NCBI GenBank assembly: GCA_039815375.1
Contig: JBCBZJ010000002.1
Location: forward strand, 207,920 to 271,919
Reading direction: 5' to 3'
Source of the DNA: Verrucomicrobiota bacterium
GTDB lineage: Bacteria > Verrucomicrobiota > Verrucomicrobiia > Opitutales > Coraliomargaritaceae
Length of the DNA stretch: 64,000 nucleotides
Shown: one piece after another, positions 53,122-62,135 of the stretch
How positions within the stretch are numbered: the stretch's first letter is position 1
How the letters are laid out: every line of letters begins with the position of its first letter
Position numbers and translations under genes: made by a program
The notes under the pieces: generated by a model
What the model saw: only the letters and a program-made list of their open reading frames with translations
Databases searched by the model: none
What the model was told of the DNA's origin: nothing

Positions 53122-54084
53122 ATGTCCAGTTCCAAATCCCGACTTGGCCGTGGCCTCGGTGGACTAATCTCCGATGCCGGAAGCGCTCCTGCAAAGACCG
53201 GCCAAACACCGGTTAAGAAGATCACACCCGAGGCTAGGAATGTTCCCGCGAAAAAAGCCGCGACGACTCTTCCGAACGAGCTTCCCAATGTTCCCGGCTT
53301 CCAAGAGATTTCACTTTCTCAGATTGTTCCGAACCCATATCAACCGCGCCGTGAGATCAATCTCCCGCAGGTCGAAGAACTTGCCAAGAGCATCTTGTCC
53401 GAAGGCCTGATTCAGCCTGTTGTTGTCCGAAAAAAGGCAGGCAAATACGAACTGATCGCCGGCGAGCGTCGCTTGCGTGCTTTTGAACATTTGAAACGGC
53501 CGGCGATTCCTGCTCGAATCATGGAGGTCAGCGATGCGTCTTCGGCAACGCTTGCCCTTGTCGAAAATCTCCAGCGCGAAAACCTCAATCCGATCGACGA
53601 GGCCCTCGGCTATGCCAGCCTCGTGCGTGATTTCGATCTAACTCAGGAAGGCGCTGCTACTCGCGTTGGCAAGAGTCGTGCAGTTGTGGCCAATGCACTT
53701 CGACTGCTTAGTCTCAGCTCCGAGATTCAAGGTTTTCTCAGTCGTCGATTGATTTCCACCGGCCATGCGAAGGTCCTCCTCGGGCTCGAAAGCGACGAGC
53801 ATCGTAAGCTACTTGCACGCCGTATCATCGAAACCGGCATGAGTGTCCGTGAGGCGGAGTCGCAGGTGCGCCGCTTAAAAGAGGGCAGTGGTAGGGGTAA
53901 GAAGGCACGCAAGGTTCCGGAAGCAGAACAGACTGCAATTCGTGATCTTGAAAAGCGCATGGGTGACCACTTCAATACACGTGTTTCACTTCAGCACTCG
54001 GCCAAAAAAGGCAGGATTATGATTGAATATCACGGTAATGAAGACTTGGACCGCATTCTCGAAAAGCTCGGACTAAACGGTTAA
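53122..54084 (+). CDS. parB: ParB/Spo0J partition protein
   Basis: RLGRGLGGLI, NPYQPR, LIAGERR.RA, EN.QRENLNPI.EA, GKSR..VAN.LRLL. Confidence 0.95.
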   Translation: MSSSKSRLGRGLGGLISDAGSAPAKTGQTPVKKITPEARNVPAKKAATTLPNELPNVPGFQEISLSQIVPNPYQPRREINLPQVEELAKSILSEGLIQPVVVRKKAGKYELIAGERRLRAFEHLKRPAIPARIMEVSDASSATLALVENLQRENLNPIDEALGYASLVRDFDLTQEGAATRVGKSRAVVANALRLLSLSSEIQGFLSRRLISTGHAKVLLGLESDEHRKLLARRIIETGMSVREAESQVRRLKEGSGRGKKARKVPEAEQTAIRDLEKRMGDHFNTRVSLQHSAKKGRIMIEYHGNEDLDRILEKLGLNG

Positions 54085-54169
54085 GCCAAAGCTGGAGAGG
54101 CTTGCCCTTGAGCCTCTGCAAAATCACGCAAACGACGCGGAGGGATAAGGGCAGCCCTTCCTACTGGAT

Positions 54170-54643
54170 ATGAACTATTGGCTTATGAAATCCGAGCCCG
54201 ATGTCTTCTCTCTCGAAGATCTGAAGGCCTGTCAGAACCAGACTGAACCATGGGATGGGATCCGGAATTATCAGGCGCGAAACTTCATGCGTGATGACAT
54301 GAAAATCGGTGACCAAGTCTTGTTCTATCATTCGAATACGGCGCCACCGGGTGTAGCCGGAATCGCCGAGATCGCAAGTAAACCCTATCCCGATCCAACC
54401 GCTTTCGATGAGAAATCAAAATACTACGACCCGAAGAGTGACCCTGAGAACCCACGTTGGATACTGGTCGACGTAAAGTTCAAGGCCGACCTCAAACGGC
54501 TCGTCTCACTCGATGAAATCAGGGGGATGCCGGAATGTGCAGAGATGCGCCTGATCCAGCGCGGTAATCGCCTTTCGATCAATCCCGTGACGAAGGCAGA
54601 ATTTCAAGCCATCAAGAAAGCCGGGATGCGGAAGAGTTTATAG
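54170..54643 (+). CDS. EVE domain protein
   Basis: YWLMKSEP, WDGIRNYQARN, FYHS, YYDPKS, RLS..PV. Confidence 0.93.
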   Translation: MNYWLMKSEPDVFSLEDLKACQNQTEPWDGIRNYQARNFMRDDMKIGDQVLFYHSNTAPPGVAGIAEIASKPYPDPTAFDEKSKYYDPKSDPENPRWILVDVKFKADLKRLVSLDEIRGMPECAEMRLIQRGNRLSINPVTKAEFQAIKKAGMRKSL

Positions 54644-55132
54644 CTCACTTGCTAGTTTAATTGTGTGACCTCGCTTTAACGGAAGAATAACTGCCCAAGC
54701 ATTAGTATGTGTTCCGGTGATCCTGATTGTGGAGACTCATACAACCAGCCTCTGGCAGACGTGACACTTCATATCTGTCTTTCTACTGGTAGATCAATTT
54801 GGCAGAGCATTCGGATTTACCAAAATGCTGAATGGCATAAGTTTTTCCTTTCGCCTGAAGCGACGATGTTGTGACAAGGGTAAGTCGATTTAGGCACCCA
54901 AATGCTAAACCCTCTTCGAAGGCACTTATCTATTTTGACTGACATGCACTCGTGTAGATCAGCCACTCATCGAAAGGCAATCTTTGCATGAAGCACAAAG
55001 TGTGAGTAATCCAAATTTTGAATGTCGTACTACTCGCAATAACGAAATACTTTGCACCTTTAACGTTTATAGCTAAGTGAAGCTATAGATTATACAAAAT
55101 GAACAATTAACCTGTTCGAGAGAAAACAAGAC

Positions 55133-55597
55133 ATGCTGCATTTATTTATTGATGGAAGCGTGGATCCAAGTTCACGAATGGGTGTCGGTGCGAAACTGGC
55201 ACTGAAACGGATTGATACTAGCAAACAGAATTATGTAAGCAGCATTAAGTTCAAAGAATTTCATGATACCTCATCCACACAACTTGAAATTAGAACCTTA
55301 TTGTGGGCTCTAGATGAACTCGAAGTTAGTTCGCTGAAAGTGTATACGGATAGTTTAAATATTATTGGTTTGCCGGAAAGAAGGAACCGACTAGAGCAAA
55401 GCGAATATTTGTCGAAGAACGGAAAGCTTTTGAACAACCACCATCTTTATCGAGAGTTTTACATTAAATCTGATCAGTTTAATCTGGAGCTTATCAAAGT
55501 TAAAGGGCACTCCCCTGGTCCAGGGCATACAAACATTGAAAGTATCTTTTCACAGGTCGACAGAGCTTCTCGGCGTGAACTTAGAGAACGCATTTAA
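55133..55597 (+). CDS. ribonuclease HI-like protein (cassette-borne)
   Basis: FIDGS, STQLE, YTDS, KVKGH, VDR: catalytic DEDD set present; visibly AT-rich. Confidence 0.8.
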   Translation: MLHLFIDGSVDPSSRMGVGAKLALKRIDTSKQNYVSSIKFKEFHDTSSTQLEIRTLLWALDELEVSSLKVYTDSLNIIGLPERRNRLEQSEYLSKNGKLLNNHHLYREFYIKSDQFNLELIKVKGHSPGPGHTNIESIFSQVDRASRRELRERI

Positions 55598-55606
55598 TCA
55601 ATCAGC

Positions 55607-55675
55607 CTCCAACCAGCAGTTGCACACAACTTCGAGTAGCTGAGCTATTCTACGTGTGTGAACTTATCATTCAGT
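55607..55675 (+). mobile_element. degenerate integron attC site
   Basis: CTCCAAC-N5-GTTGCACACA ... TGTGTGAAC-N5-ATTCAGT: paired L boxes with one extra-helical base and a central hairpin; R' GTT appears mutated to ATT. Confidence 0.65.
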
Positions 55676-55681
55676 GAGAAA

Positions 55682-55960
55682 ATGAGAAAATTCATCCTTG
55701 GATTTCTAGCGGGGATGGCGTCATCACTCATCGTCTTATTCGGTCTCTTTTTCCTCTCTGTTCAAGAAGCTGAAAGAAGGCTCTATGGCACTTGGGGAGA
55801 AAAAGAAGGAACAGAATTGGAATTCATCTTTTACCCATCGGAAGGCATTGAACTAAACGACGCTCTTGGAATGAATGCCTCGAGATCGAAGGTATTACTG
55901 GCTTTCTCAACCTGCAAGCTGCTTGGATTTTGTCGCATATCATCGACAACTCTGTCTTAG
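55682..55960 (+). CDS. small membrane protein, probable truncated second cassette gene
   Basis: ATG 6 nt after the attC end; N-terminal TM helix (MRKFILGFLAG...); no closing attC seen. Confidence 0.4.
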   Translation: MRKFILGFLAGMASSLIVLFGLFFLSVQEAERRLYGTWGEKEGTELEFIFYPSEGIELNDALGMNASRSKVLLAFSTCKLLGFCRISSTTLS

Positions 55961-56052
55961 TTTGGGCCAGAGCAAATTTTTTGAATATCCTGCAACTTTT
56001 TTGGTGCAGGAGAGATTGTATATATGAACCCTCGATCCCCCTACCTGAATAA

Positions 56053-59000
56053 ATGTTTTATTGGAAAGTTTTCACTCTCTCTTTTGCTGCCGCATTAACA
56101 CTAGCAGCAGAGCCCATTCTCTCTTCCTGGCATAAAATCCAGTCCGGACAATACGCTCGGATTTATGAATCGAATGAAGATGTGATTGCTCAGAATGCAG
56201 TCACAACCTGGATCCATCCAACCAGTGGCACGGGCCAAATGCAGCCGACCTATGCCGGCATTCACGAAGTCGCCTACGATGCAGATATGGTCTACGTTCG
56301 CAGTACTGGGCTTGGATTCCACGTCATGGGTCCCTGGTATCGCGATGAGGGTGATAACAATATTTTCGGTAACTTTCCGGCCAACCGGTCCGTCATCTTT
56401 CAGTTTCCTCGTGCCGTCGGGGCACCTCCTGCTCAAAAAACGCTGACCGGGCTCGGTGCAATCGGATACTTTGTGGATGGCATCGCCATGTTTGATAGCA
56501 GAGACGCGTTTTCCTATAACAACTCTGAAGGAGCGGATGCTACCCCTGGAGGCTCATTCAACGGCGACGGGATTTGGAACCGCGATGCCTACGTCAACGA
56601 GTCCGTAACTTTCGATCCGGCAAACGCACACCAAGCGGGGACCAATCATCACTACCACGCAAATCCACCGGGTCTCCGCCACCTATTGAACGATAGCGTC
56701 GATTACGATACTTCGGCGAATACCTATACCGAGAATTTTAACGGTCAACACTCGCCGATACTTGGTTGGGTAAGTGATGGTTACCCTGTCTACGGACCTT
56801 ATGGATATAGCGATCCGCTGAATTCTTTGAGCATGGTGCGGCTCATGGTCTCTGGCTTTATTAAACGTGATGGCACCAGCGGTAGCACGAATCTGAATAC
56901 AGACGGTCGAACATCACTACCTGCTTGGGCAGTCGATGTTCAAGGTATCGGACCGGCGCTTTCCAGTGGTGAATTCGGCCCTGGCGTCAGCGTTGCGAAT
57001 CCGATCGGGCATTACATCGAGGACTACGCTTACCTTGGCGATCTTGGCTTCACCCAGGGCACCGATTTCGATCTGGATGTGCACAATGGACGCTTCTGTG
57101 TCACTCCTGAATTCCCGCAAGGCACTTATGCCTATTTTGTTTCTATCGAAACGGACGGCACACCGAAGTTTCCCTACAATATTGGGCGCACTTATTACGG
57201 GACGCCATCGGGTGGTGCGGTGAATCAAATACCAGAAACCGCTACGATCTATTTTGAAGGTGGTCCCGAAGCTCCGTTGATTGCGAACGACCTGGAAGTC
57301 GATAATACTACCGGCGACGTTACTCTTGTTTGGTCCGCAGTTGAAGGCGGGAGCTATCAGGTCGAACAGGGCAATCTTCAGGATGACTGGGAATCCATGG
57401 GGCCGGAGATTTTATCAGATTCAACAGAAATCAGCATGACGGACACTGCGCGTGCAAATAGCGATGACGCTTACTTCTACCGTGTGCGTTTGACTGATCT
57501 CGCAGACTTTGATGATGCTGGGTTTGTCTACGCTGATCCCAGTGCGCCTGCCCTCACAACCATTGTTGTAACGTTGGACAACGGCGGTTCACCGCCACCA
57601 TCCAACCTAAATAACTTCCCGACCACAGTCCTCTTCAACAGTAGTAATGTCGCCATTGTCTCGCGCCCTTCGCAGTATGAAATCGAAATAGCAGTCGATC
57701 TAAACGGTCTGACAACAGGCGATTACACCGTCAGTGCAACTTGGGATGGTGCACCTGGCACCTGGACGGGGAGCTACAACTATAATGCACCTCAGAACAA
57801 CATTCTCCTGATTATTGCCGACGATTGGGGCATCGACTCCAGTCCAGTAGACAATCCTGATGGGGCAAGCCTGCCCACTATGGCAAACCTGCAGTATCTT
57901 TCTGACAATGGTCTTCGGTTCACCAGTGCCTATGTCCAGCCTGTCTGTTCGCCAACGCGCGCGACCATTCTGACGGGGCGCATTGCCTCTCGGCACGGTG
58001 TCTATAACCCGGGAGGTGTGCTGCCGTCATCCGAAATCACCTTGCCCGAAATATTTACTGCGGCATCGTCGCCTTACGAACTCGCTTCGTATGGCAAATG
58101 GCACCTCGGCAGCGGTGTTACCGGACCGGCCGACAATGGCGGATGGATCGACTATCGTGGTATGACCGGCGGAGGCGTCCCCGATTACTACGCATGGACC
58201 AAAGTTGAAAATGGAGTCACTCTGCCAGACGATGTTACCACCTATGCGACCACTGAGATTGCCAACGACGCGATCAATTTCATCAATGCTCAAAATTCAG
58301 CGGAGAAGCCATGGTTTCTCTGGGTGGCTTTCAATGCACCACACACGCCGTTTCATGATGTTGTGGATACAAACCTCCTTCAATCCTCATGGAATCCGGG
58401 GGATACGGACAACCGCTCGCTTTATGAGAAGGCTCTTGAAGCAATGGACAGTGAAATCGGCCGAATCCTCGAAAGCGTTGATCTCGCAACTACGAATGTT
58501 ATAATTATAGGCGACAATGGCACTCCAGGGCAGGTCGTTCAGGCTCCATTTGGCAGCGGTCGCGCTAAGGGATCACTCTACGAAGGCGGCACACACGTTC
58601 CCCTAATCATAGCTGGTCCCAATGTGGGCGTTCAAGGCACTAGTGATGAGCCCGTGCACTGCGTAGATCTCTTCGCAACGATTCTGGATATCGCTGGTAT
58701 CGATACCAGTGCGATCATTCCAGTCGACACGGAAATCGACTCACGCAGCTTCACTCCTGCAATGCGCGGGGAGGATATGGATGACAAAGAGATTGTGGTC
58801 GATGGTGAAAGTGGGCGGGCACTCTACAAAGACGGCTACCGGCTCGTTATATTGGACGACCCAACCGATGACACTGATACGGCCAGCTACGAGTTCTACT
58901 ATATCCCGGATGATCCCAACGAGCAAAACAACTTACTCCTCGGCACCGTAAGTGCAGAAGGTATCGCTGTCTACAATGCCCTGGTCGATCATAGCAACAC

Positions 59001-59343
59001 AATCGGCGGTAATTACGACGCAGGAAGCTATCTCGTAAACAACGTTGAGACGGTTTACATTGAACTACCTAATCCGGGAGCGCCAAATGTCCCACAGCTC
59101 ACCAATAATAACGGTAATGTGGAACCTATCGAAATCCTGATCGGCGGACAACCCGCCACTTTTATCGGCAGGGTCGATAGCTCGGAGGTCGAGGATCGCT
59201 ACTGGGTGAAAGTCGGTTTCGATTCTTCCGCCGCAGGGCTCACTGCAGGCACCTACTCCATGACTGTTCAATTCCGGGATCGGCCCAGTAACGGAGAAAC
59301 AAGACTCTACACTGCTCTCAACACATTCACCGTAGACGGTTAA
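56053..59343 (+). CDS. exported YHYH-domain protein fused to a Cys-type sulfatase domain, with Ig-like linkers
   Basis: Signal peptide; HQAGTNHHYHANP, HSPILGW..DG.PVYGPYGY, DVHNGR...TPEFP.GTYAYF; NILLIIADD, CSPTR..ILTG, GKWHLG, APHTP, GDNG, KG.LYEGG. Confidence 0.85.
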   Translation: MFYWKVFTLSFAAALTLAAEPILSSWHKIQSGQYARIYESNEDVIAQNAVTTWIHPTSGTGQMQPTYAGIHEVAYDADMVYVRSTGLGFHVMGPWYRDEGDNNIFGNFPANRSVIFQFPRAVGAPPAQKTLTGLGAIGYFVDGIAMFDSRDAFSYNNSEGADATPGGSFNGDGIWNRDAYVNESVTFDPANAHQAGTNHHYHANPPGLRHLLNDSVDYDTSANTYTENFNGQHSPILGWVSDGYPVYGPYGYSDPLNSLSMVRLMVSGFIKRDGTSGSTNLNTDGRTSLPAWAVDVQGIGPALSSGEFGPGVSVANPIGHYIEDYAYLGDLGFTQGTDFDLDVHNGRFCVTPEFPQGTYAYFVSIETDGTPKFPYNIGRTYYGTPSGGAVNQIPETATIYFEGGPEAPLIANDLEVDNTTGDVTLVWSAVEGGSYQVEQGNLQDDWESMGPEILSDSTEISMTDTARANSDDAYFYRVRLTDLADFDDAGFVYADPSAPALTTIVVTLDNGGSPPPSNLNNFPTTVLFNSSNVAIVSRPSQYEIEIAVDLNGLTTGDYTVSATWDGAPGTWTGSYNYNAPQNNILLIIADDWGIDSSPVDNPDGASLPTMANLQYLSDNGLRFTSAYVQPVCSPTRATILTGRIASRHGVYNPGGVLPSSEITLPEIFTAASSPYELASYGKWHLGSGVTGPADNGGWIDYRGMTGGGVPDYYAWTKVENGVTLPDDVTTYATTEIANDAINFINAQNSAEKPWFLWVAFNAPHTPFHDVVDTNLLQSSWNPGDTDNRSLYEKALEAMDSEIGRILESVDLATTNVIIIGDNGTPGQVVQAPFGSGRAKGSLYEGGTHVPLIIAGPNVGVQGTSDEPVHCVDLFATILDIAGIDTSAIIPVDTEIDSRSFTPAMRGEDMDDKEIVVDGESGRALYKDGYRLVILDDPTDDTDTASYEFYYIPDDPNEQNNLLLGTVSAEGIAVYNALVDHSNTIGGNYDAGSYLVNNVETVYIELPNPGAPNVPQLTNNNGNVEPIEILIGGQPATFIGRVDSSEVEDRYWVKVGFDSSAAGLTAGTYSMTVQFRDRPSNGETRLYTALNTFTVDG

Positions 59344-59433
59344 GGTGATCCGCTTTTCGAACCGAAAACTATCTCAATTTATGTGGATTAAGGGTTCAAA
59401 AAACAGAAACCCAGTTGTTCGTTCTCAAATTTA

Positions 59434-61248
59434 TTGATCCCTGTTAATTTTGGAGTGAAGAGGATAATTGCAAAATATTCAGGAAGGGGGCTTCCTGCAA
59501 GATTCCTCTTTGCTCCATCCTTCTTTTTATTCCTGGTATCTGGTTTCAGTTCGATGGTCTCTGGATTCGAGCTTCAACTGAAGTTCAGGCATACTGTAAA
59601 CGGCGCACCAATCCTATGGGATTCACTTCGCTACGAAAACGCCCATCAAGAGACTTATTCGTTCTCTCGCATCAGCTACTTACTCACTGGATTTGCACTG
59701 CAGGATGCAACAGGCCGCTGGATTCCACTTTCCGATTCATTTGCATGGATCGATGGACCTTCGAGTCGTAACCAAGTCGCACTCACTGACATCCCGGAAG
59801 GCCGCTATCACGCGATACGTTTCCATATCGGTCCAGAATCCGAGCAAAACCACGGCGATCCTACACAATACGCGGCGGACCATCCGCTAAATCCAAATCT
59901 AAACAAGCTGCATTGGGACTGGCAGAGCGGATATATATTCCTTGCGCTAGAGGGGCGTTATCGTGACGCCAACGAGTCCAAAACATCGGGATACGTCTAC
60001 CATTATGCGAACAATCCGCAGCGCACTGCGGTGACCCTGCCTTTGCCCATTGATTTGAAAGCGACCAGCTTATTCGAAATAGATTTCGATCTTGGCAAAC
60101 TGTTCAACACCCCGGGACCGATATCTTTTCACCAACACGGTGCCTCAACCCACTCAAGAAAGGGCGACCTGATCCCGGTGTTGTTGAAGAAAAACCTGCC
60201 CCACGCCTTTCAGGTCACCAAAGTCCGTTCAGCGGCTATGTCTCCAGACAAAGTGCGCACTGTGCCGATCGATCTGCCGGCACAGTATACGCCTTTCCCG
60301 TTCAAAATGAGCCGCACCTTCCCCGTGCCGGATTTGCCAGTGGACAACCCGCTCATCACAGAACGTGTGGTGCTCGGTAAAAAGTTGTTCCATGACACCC
60401 GTCTCTCCCTCGATGGCACTATCGCATGTGCAAGTTGCCACAAAGAACCTGCTGCGCTCTCCGATAATGTTGCGCAGAGCACAGGAATCTACGGTCAACT
60501 CAGCCGTCGTCACTCTATGCCACTTTTTAATCTCGCATGGAAGGATCGGTTTTTCTGGGACGGACGCGCCGAGACGCTCCGAGCGCAGAGCCTCATGCCG
60601 ATCGTCGATCCCACCGAAATGAATGAAACGTTACCGAGCGTTATCCAAAAGTTGGATGCAGATCCTGAATATAAAGAGCTCTTTGCGCGCGCTTTCGCTT
60701 CTGGAGCGATCTCGGCAGAAAATATCGGACTTGCCTTCGAGAACTTCCTACTCAGCCAGACTTCCTACAGTTCGCGCTTTGATCAGGCCACCCAAGGCAA
60801 AACCACCTTGCGCGAACAAGAGCGACGAGGTCTCGAACTTTTTATGACCGAGTTCGAACCGCGCTCGGGTCAATATGGAGCCGACTGTTTCCATTGCCAC
60901 GGAGGTGCACTGTTTACTGACAACCGCTTTCACGACAACGGGCTCCGTGAACTTATCGAAGACCGAGGTCTCGAGGAAGCCACTGGAGATCCACTTGATG
61001 CTCATAAATTTGCCACGCCTTCGCTGCGTAATGTCGCCCTCACGGCACCCTACATGCACGATGGTCGATTCAATACGCTTGAGGAGGTCGTTGAGCACTA
61101 CAGCACCGGCGTGGTCAATCGGGATACCCTTGATCCAAATCTGGCAAAGCATCCGGCAGAAGGCCTCAACCTCAACGATGCTGATAAAGCCGCACTTGTC
61201 GCCTTCCTCAGAACCCTGACCGACCCGCAATACGCGGTCAGTAATTAG
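59434..61248 (+). CDS. MbnP-like domain fused to MbnH/MauG-type di-haem cytochrome c peroxidase
   Basis: HWDWQSGYIF (WxW motif); LGKKLF.D.RLS, CASCH, CFHCH, TPSLRNV..TAPYMHDG. Start uncertain. Confidence 0.85.
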   Translation: MIPVNFGVKRIIAKYSGRGLPARFLFAPSFFLFLVSGFSSMVSGFELQLKFRHTVNGAPILWDSLRYENAHQETYSFSRISYLLTGFALQDATGRWIPLSDSFAWIDGPSSRNQVALTDIPEGRYHAIRFHIGPESEQNHGDPTQYAADHPLNPNLNKLHWDWQSGYIFLALEGRYRDANESKTSGYVYHYANNPQRTAVTLPLPIDLKATSLFEIDFDLGKLFNTPGPISFHQHGASTHSRKGDLIPVLLKKNLPHAFQVTKVRSAAMSPDKVRTVPIDLPAQYTPFPFKMSRTFPVPDLPVDNPLITERVVLGKKLFHDTRLSLDGTIACASCHKEPAALSDNVAQSTGIYGQLSRRHSMPLFNLAWKDRFFWDGRAETLRAQSLMPIVDPTEMNETLPSVIQKLDADPEYKELFARAFASGAISAENIGLAFENFLLSQTSYSSRFDQATQGKTTLREQERRGLELFMTEFEPRSGQYGADCFHCHGGALFTDNRFHDNGLRELIEDRGLEEATGDPLDAHKFATPSLRNVALTAPYMHDGRFNTLEEVVEHYSTGVVNRDTLDPNLAKHPAEGLNLNDADKAALVAFLRTLTDPQYAVSN

Positions 61249-61935
61249 CTAGAGACATCGATAGTATATAAGAATTCGCCTACGCAATATTACATTATTA
61301 AAACCAGATTATGCCATAAGCTGAGAAGTGTGCTCGGCAACGGAAGAGCGAAAAAGCGTATAATCCCACGTGCCTGCAGCTCTGACGGGCAGCGATGTGC
61401 GCTTCTCGCCTAAGTTCTGATCGAAGCGACAAGACCGGTCCAGCCGCCGCCGGAACAGGAACAATTCGAAAACACCATTCGGGTGAACACATTTCCAATG
61501 CTTTGCATTAGGAATGTGGCTTACAAAAAAGCAATAACGTCACTCGATATCATGTTGCTGAAGTCCGTTTGCATCGATTCGGGTAAATCTGATCGGAATC
61601 GAGTTTTACGTAGCTGGAAGTAATGAAGGCGTGAAATGTAGAAGTTGCGTGATTGAGCTTCTAGATTGCTTCCATTGGAATGGTTTCCTCTCATTTGACT
61701 TCATGGAGGTCTGATTCGAAAAATTACCTAGCGTCACAGTCAAGTAATGCTGCTGGTCTTTTCGGACTATTCGGACTGAGTGGTTCTTCTCAGATCATCA
61801 AATTTCCAAACTGAGATGAGCAAAACTAATATAGCTGTGCTCCGTCACGAACGTGGTTTTACCGACTTGATTTTGAGTAAATGTCGCCCCTAAAATTATC
61901 CTATTCCTCCGAAACGGCTCATCTTAAAACCTCCC

Positions 61936-62115
61936 GTGAAAATCCAAAACCCACTCCTTTTTCTCTTGCTCACTCCTGCGCTGGCGATGGCAGGCGAGCC
62001 CTCCAAAGGCACCGTAATTATGATATCTGGTATCAGCAGCTGGCTGCTGATCAGTTCCGGTTTTATCCTTTGGAAGGAGCTCCGGCGCGCAGGCAGCAAG
62101 AAGGAGCAGAAGTAA
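61936..62115 (+). CDS. 59-aa small membrane protein (not in ORF track)
   Basis: Manual translation from GTG: MKIQNPLLFLLLTPALAMAGEPSKGTVIMISGISSWLLISSGFILWKELRRAGSKKEQK; signal-like segment, TM helix and basic tail. Confidence 0.55.
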   Translation: MKIQNPLLFLLLTPALAMAGEPSKGTVIMISGISSWLLISSGFILWKELRRAGSKKEQK

Positions 62116-62135
62116 CCCCGGCGAAAGGAGTTTTG

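Noticed and set aside
54644..55110. Integrase remnant or sRNA upstream of the RNase H cassette
   Set aside because: No tyrosine-recombinase motifs or convincing RNA structure recognised.
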